The translations under genes and the position numbers were made by a program. DNA of 64,000 bases, from positions 117,676,001 through 117,740,000 of the forward strand of contig NC_083277.1 of assembly GCF_963506605.1 (NCBI RefSeq), written 5' to 3'. Under the pieces are notes generated by a model. That model did no database searches. It worked only from the letters and a program-made list of their open reading frames with translations, and was not told where the DNA came from. Positions 59,202-64,000 of the stretch are shown here, piece by piece; within the stretch, counting starts at the first letter, position 1; the number at the start of each line of letters is the position of its first letter. Source of the stretch: Zootoca vivipara (lineage: Eukaryota).

Positions 59202-59732
59202 GTCTAAGGGAATGGGTGGTTTATGGGTGCAGGAAATTTTTGGGTGACTGAAGCAGCACAAGCATGCCTTTTTGTAAATTTTATGGTTGGAGATGAAGAA
59301 TGGGTTCTTTCATAAGTGTATGGATTATGCATATGTGTATGTTTGGATGGTCCATGTCTGAGTCAGGAGTGGGAAAGCTTTGGCCCTCCGGGTGGTGCTG
59401 GACTGAAATCCTCCTCCTCTCTATGTATGGGCAATTCTGCCTGGGGCTGATGGGAGCTGGAGTCCAAAAACATCTGAAGGGCCAGAGGTTAGTCACCCTT
59501 TGTTTAAGTGGTATCCACCCTGAGCTTGTAACATCCAAATATGTTTCTTCTCCCATGTATTGGCAAGCATAACTCAAGGCCACTGTGTGTGATCATGTGT
59601 GCACAACCCCAATTGTGTTGGGCATCCAGGTACTAAATTGTTTGGGACTGGTAGATGGTACACAATGAACACATAGTCTGCTTACTGCTTTTGATTTAAG
59701 ACATCCTTTCCTTAACTCGTACCACCACTCAG

Positions 59733-59816
59733 CTCTGACGACACCATTAGGGACTTGAAAAAGCTCATTGCTGCGCAGACTGGCACGCGGTGGGACAAGA
59801 TCGTGTTGAAGAAATG
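59733..59816 (+). CDS. UBL5: UBL5 second coding exon
   Basis: (N)[27 protein letters not shown](W); U12 branch point TTCCTTAAC at 59708-59716; GTGAGT donor. Confidence 0.96.
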
Positions 59817-60625
59817 GTGAGTAGAAATGAGCAAAGCATCAGGGCTCCTCAGGCAGCTCCCTCAGCTTGTTCTTAGCACTATCAATGCAATAGCACAGTG
59901 CATGCTTTCAGTCCAAGAAGCCCAGATCTCCAGGTCTCCACACATGACTACTGACCTGGGTGCGTGTTGTACTGCTTAGTATTGATCTTCTTAAACCACT
60001 TAACAGTATTTGCATAGTTCCTTTCAACCATAGTGGTTCTTCAAAGCAATTATAATCAAAACCAGCAATTGATAATATCAATTAAAAGCAATTAATGTTA
60101 AACTATAACGAGCAATACCAAAACAAGGAAAATATGATAGTGGCACAAAGTTCCAAAATTGCCAGGTAAAAATCAAACAGAAAAGCCATGACAAAATAAA
60201 TAAGTCTTTCTTGCTCTCTGAGAGGAATAGAAAGAATGTGCAACCATACTCAGAGGAAGAGAGAATCTCACAGCTTAGGTGCAGGCTGCTGAAAAGGCCT
60301 TACTCTTCATTGATGATAGGCTAAACTCTCTAGTTGCAATGTAGAGTGGGCCTGGTGGATAGTTTTTAATGTCTAGGGTGGGTGTGCCTCATATAGAAAG
60401 AGGCTGGGGAAACCCAGCCAGATGGGCAGGGTATACATAATAAAATTGTTGTTGTTGTTGTTGTTGTTGTTAAGGACCCATTCCATTTAGGACTTTCAAG
60501 TTGCAGTAAGAAATGGGCATAACCTGACTGCAGAATCTTACTCTTGTTGCAAATGGGCAGCTATATCTGTACCAGCTGAAGTTTCTAGGCCAACTTTAAG
60601 GAGAAAAGCCTATTGGCTCTGTCAT

Positions 60626-60651
60626 GTGTGTGTGTGTGTGTGTGTGTGTGT
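60626..60651 (+). repeat. (TG)n microsatellite
   Basis: directly visible. Confidence 0.95.
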
Positions 60652-60769
60652 ATTATCCATCGTGTTAGCTGTCGATATTTTAATAATGTCATAATTGCCA
60701 TATTTTATTGAGTTATTTGCTGTGTAACAAATTATGGTTGACTAACTGCCTTTCTTGTTAATGTTTTAG

Positions 60770-60807
60770 GTATACAATTTTCAAGGACCATGTTTCATTG
60801 GCAGACT
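60770..60807 (+). CDS. UBL5: UBL5 third coding exon
   Basis: YTIFKDHVSLAD; U12 donor GTATCCTT. Confidence 0.95.
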
Positions 60808-61498
60808 GTATCCTTAAACAACCTTGGTGATTTGCGGTAAAATAACAGTGGGGGGAAGGAAAAGGAAAGAAGTGGGTAATACTCTTCAGCTTGAACTGAG
60901 CAGATTTTGGTCATAGCTAATTTATTTCTTTTTTACTCCAGTTGGGTGGGGTATAAATAATAACAATAATAAATAATATAAAGTTTACATAAATTTATGT
61001 AAATTAATTCTCTACTACTTTACATCTTTAAAATAATAATAATGACTTTCCCACCATGCACATAGACAGAAACTTGCTAGATGATCTCAGGAACCATTGT
61101 GCTTAATTTTCATACATATCCAAGTACATAATGAACAGATGAACAACTTTTAAAGATGTGTAGATTGGTTTCTACTTATGAATTCTTTCCATAAAATATT
61201 AGAAGTGATTTCACATTAAAGACAACAATAAAACAATTAAAAACAATACCATATGTTTTAAAACAATATGATGACCCTGTGCAGTTGGGCCGCATTTAGA
61301 GTGAATCTGCTGGGATGTATATGTGCTTGGATAATTCATAAATTAAGTATGAATTTCAGCAGTTATGATAAATTGCAAAAGTATCATTATTCTGGCATTG
61401 TGGTAGATTTCCCCCATCATATACAGTACATCATGCCCGATTTATAAAAATACAGAAATACTTTCCAGTGGAATTTCACCTTAAATCCTCACTTCCAG

Positions 61499-61542
61499 AT
61501 GAAATTCACGATGGCATGAACCTAGAACTATATTATCAGTAG
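61499..61542 (+). CDS. UBL5: UBL5 last coding exon
   Basis: EIHDGMNLELYYQ-stop; total CDS 222 nt = 73 aa; AATAAA at 61742. Confidence 0.96.
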
Positions 61543-62264
61543 CTTCATTGTGGCAGATGCTGCCTTTTCTATGTCTGTTTTTTTCATTCTTTGTTTCTTA
61601 TTTGACAAACTCTTTATTATTTGGTTGCATGAGGTTCAGTTAAGAGTATTTTATTCCTGAGCGCAATATAACAGGAATGAATACCGGGGAACTTGTATTC
61701 AGACTGTCTTTTATTGTTTTGGTTTTTTTTAGAATCTTTATAATAAACGTGACCTGATATGTGACTCTGTGTGCAGTGTATCTTTAAAACACAGAAACTT
61801 TTAAGTGTCGTATATGTGAAAACGATATCTATAACACGTAGTGCATGGGTGGGCAGGCCTGAGTGGAAAGAATCATAGGACCATAAACTTGTAGAGTTGG
61901 AAGGGTCCCATAGGGCCATCTAGTTCACCCCCTGCAATGCAGGAATCTTTTTGTCCAATGTGGGGCTCGAACTTGTGACCCTGAGATGAAGAGTCTGGAC
62001 TATCCAGGCACAGAGTCCCATGAGTTATTTAGAAATTAACCCGGGATAGTGGATGATGGGTGAATCAGAGTGGGCGTGCAGGCAGAGGGCACGTTGCAAA
62101 AACAACAACATATTCTCCATCTTTTGGGTCTCTAGGCCCCTTGGCCCTCCATATGTTTTTTGGCCTACGACTCCCATGATCCCTAGCTAGTAGGACCAGT
62201 GGTCAGGGATGCTGGGAATTGTAGTCTCAAAACATCTGGAGGGCCAAGGTTGAGGAAGCCTGCT

Positions 62265-62484
62265 ATAGGCCACCATTCCGACGGGCCGCGGGTTGATTGG
62301 GCGCCCCTTTCTCTGGTGGGCGGGGCTTTCCTTCCTCCCTCCCAACTCTCCGCGACCAATAGCGGGCGGGGAGCTCTGTAGGCGATAGCGCGATCGCGTG
62401 CACGTTCGCGCTTGCGCCGCCGCCGTTGCTAAGCGAAGGTGGGCGTGGCCGGCTCTGCGCTTGTGCTCTGTGAGGCGAGGCAAG
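62265..62484 (+). promoter_or_regulatory. PIN1 CpG-island promoter
   Basis: two CCAAT boxes (~62296, ~62356), GC boxes, YY1-like CAAGATGGCGG spanning the ATG. Confidence 0.75.
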
Positions 62485-62542
62485 ATGGCGGAGGAGGAGA
62501 AGCTCCCCGCGGGCTGGGAGAAGCGCATGAGCCGCAGCTCCG
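62485..62542 (+). CDS. PIN1: peptidyl-prolyl isomerase PIN1, exon 1 (start of WW domain)
   Basis: MAEEEKLPAGWEKRMSRSS-G then GTACCG donor; 58 nt; UBL5-PIN1 synteny. Confidence 0.95.
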
Positions 62543-62904
62543 GTACCGCCGTGGAAGAGGGAAAGGGGCGGTCGGGCGGGCGGAGGGCGAGGGCCCGGCA
62601 TGAGGGGTAGATGGGCCCGGCCTCGTGGGGGGGGGCGTTTCGAGAGAGAGAGAGAGTCGGGGAGATGGATGGAGAGAGGTTCCCTTTCGGGGTCGGGGCT
62701 GGTCCGCTTCGGAGGCCCTTTCGCGTCACGGAGGGGCAGGTCAGAGGGGAGACGGGCGAGGGGCTGTGGGAAGGTGTCTCTTTTTTTTAGGGGGGCGGTG
62801 CAGGGATAACGAGGCCGCTGGGGATTGCGGGATGGGGGAGGAGCTTGTGGGACACAGGATTCAATGGTGCCAAGAATATGAATAGCAACAGCGACGCAGT
62901 CCTA

Positions 62905-63045
62905 GAACCATAGAAGTGTAGAGTTAGAATTAACCCCCAGGGTCATCTAGTCCAACCCCCTGCAATGCAAGAATCTTGCCCAACGTGGGGCTTGAACCCA
63001 TGACCCCGGCATTAAAGGTCTCGTTCTCTGCTGACTGAGCTGCCC
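62905..63045 (-). mobile_element. tRNA-derived SINE with CR1-like tail
   Basis: minus strand reads AGCTCAGTC...GGTTCAAGCCCCACG followed by GGACTAGATGACC; related copies at ~61.9 kb, 32.3 kb and 32.8 kb. Confidence 0.7.
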
Positions 63046-63079
63046 CATGGAGAACAATCGTGGTTTCTCACTGTTTTTC

Positions 63080-63390
63080 ATAGAATCATAGAGTTGGAAG
63101 GGAGCCCCAGGGTCATCTAGCCCGCCCCCCCCGCAATTCAGGAATCTCGTCTGATGCATCCATGACAGATGGCCATCCAACCTCTGATTAAGAACCTCCA
63201 AGGAAGGAGAGTCCAACACCCTCCATCCTGAAGTCAAACGCCTCTTGTCGTCAGAAACTTTTTTCTGATGTTTTGTTGGAATCTCCTTTCTTGTAACTTG
63301 AAGCCATGGGTTCGAGTCTTACCCTCCAGAGCAGGAGAAAACAAGCTTGCTCCATGTTCCACATGACAGCCCTTCAGATATTGGAACATG
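63080..63390 (-). mobile_element. CR1 LINE 3' end
   Basis: FQYLKGCH...RTHGFKLQERRF..NIRKKFLT; TTCTATGA-type tail. Confidence 0.85.
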
Positions 63391-63498
63391 GCTTCTCCCT
63401 TCCTATTCCTATTACCGCCCCCCAAATTATTTCTCCCCCTGCCCCATTTCCATTCACCAAAAAAATATCCTGAGGGCTCAGGACCACGTACACTGTTC

Positions 63499-63538
<40 letters not shown>
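63499..63538 (+). repeat. (TAA)n microsatellite
   Basis: directly visible. Confidence 0.95.
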
Positions 63539-63541
<3 letters not shown>

Positions 63542-64000
63542 CACAGCCCTATGGAAAAGTATTGCGGTTTCTTCCTCCCTACTCCCACATTTTCCCCCAA
63601 TTATTTTTCTTCTCTTTCCCTACCCCACAAAAAACCATACCCTGAAGGCCAAGGACTGTAATACAGTGCACCCAGTTCCCATTCCCCAGAGCCAGTCCAG
63701 GAGAGTACCATGGTCATTGGTATCAAATGCCAACGAGAGATCAAGATGCAGGAGCAAGATCACACTCCCCCTGTGCAAAGGTGATCATCAGGGGGACCAA
63801 GGCTGACTCAGTTCTATAGCCAGGCCTGAACCCAGATTGGAATGGATCTGAATAATTATGTCATCCAAGAATGCTGCCTCACCACCTTCTCTCCCCCCCG
63901 CCAGTGGGTATGGGCATCTGGGTTGTATTTAAGCAGTGTGACCATTGGGTTTATCAGCAGCTATTTTTCATGAGTTTTTCCAATGCCTTTGGAAAGCCAT

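Overview
Vertebrate genomic DNA from a squamate reptile, probably a lacertid lizard (inferred from Sauria SINE, RTE-BovB, L2, CR1 and many hAT and Tc1/pogo MITEs). There is no prokaryotic content and no CRISPR array. Genes in order: (1) coding exon 1 and CpG island of an FMNL3-like formin on the minus strand, with 1-28.9 kb probably its repeat-rich intron 1; (2) a complete 6-exon, 215-aa type II C-type lectin with EPN/WND motifs, resembling chicken hepatic lectin (minus); (3) FBXL12 (minus, 3 exons); (4) UBL5 (plus, head-to-head with FBXL12, two U12-type introns); (5) PIN1 exon 1 (plus). The most notable object is an intact, very young 5.8-kb Ty3/Gypsy chromovirus (Tf1/sushi-like) inserted 11 nt from the last FBXL12 exon. 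It has LTRs that look identical, a self-priming-type PBS, a GGGAAAC frameshift with a pseudoknot, and a chromodomain with a broken aromatic cage. Its acidic Pol tail runs into the LTR and carries two tandem [IV]F-x9-FLGF motifs that resemble LEDGF/p75 integrase-binding-domain (IBM/TIM) ligands, suggesting a possibly undescribed LEDGF-type targeting strategy. All calls were made by eye, with no database searches.
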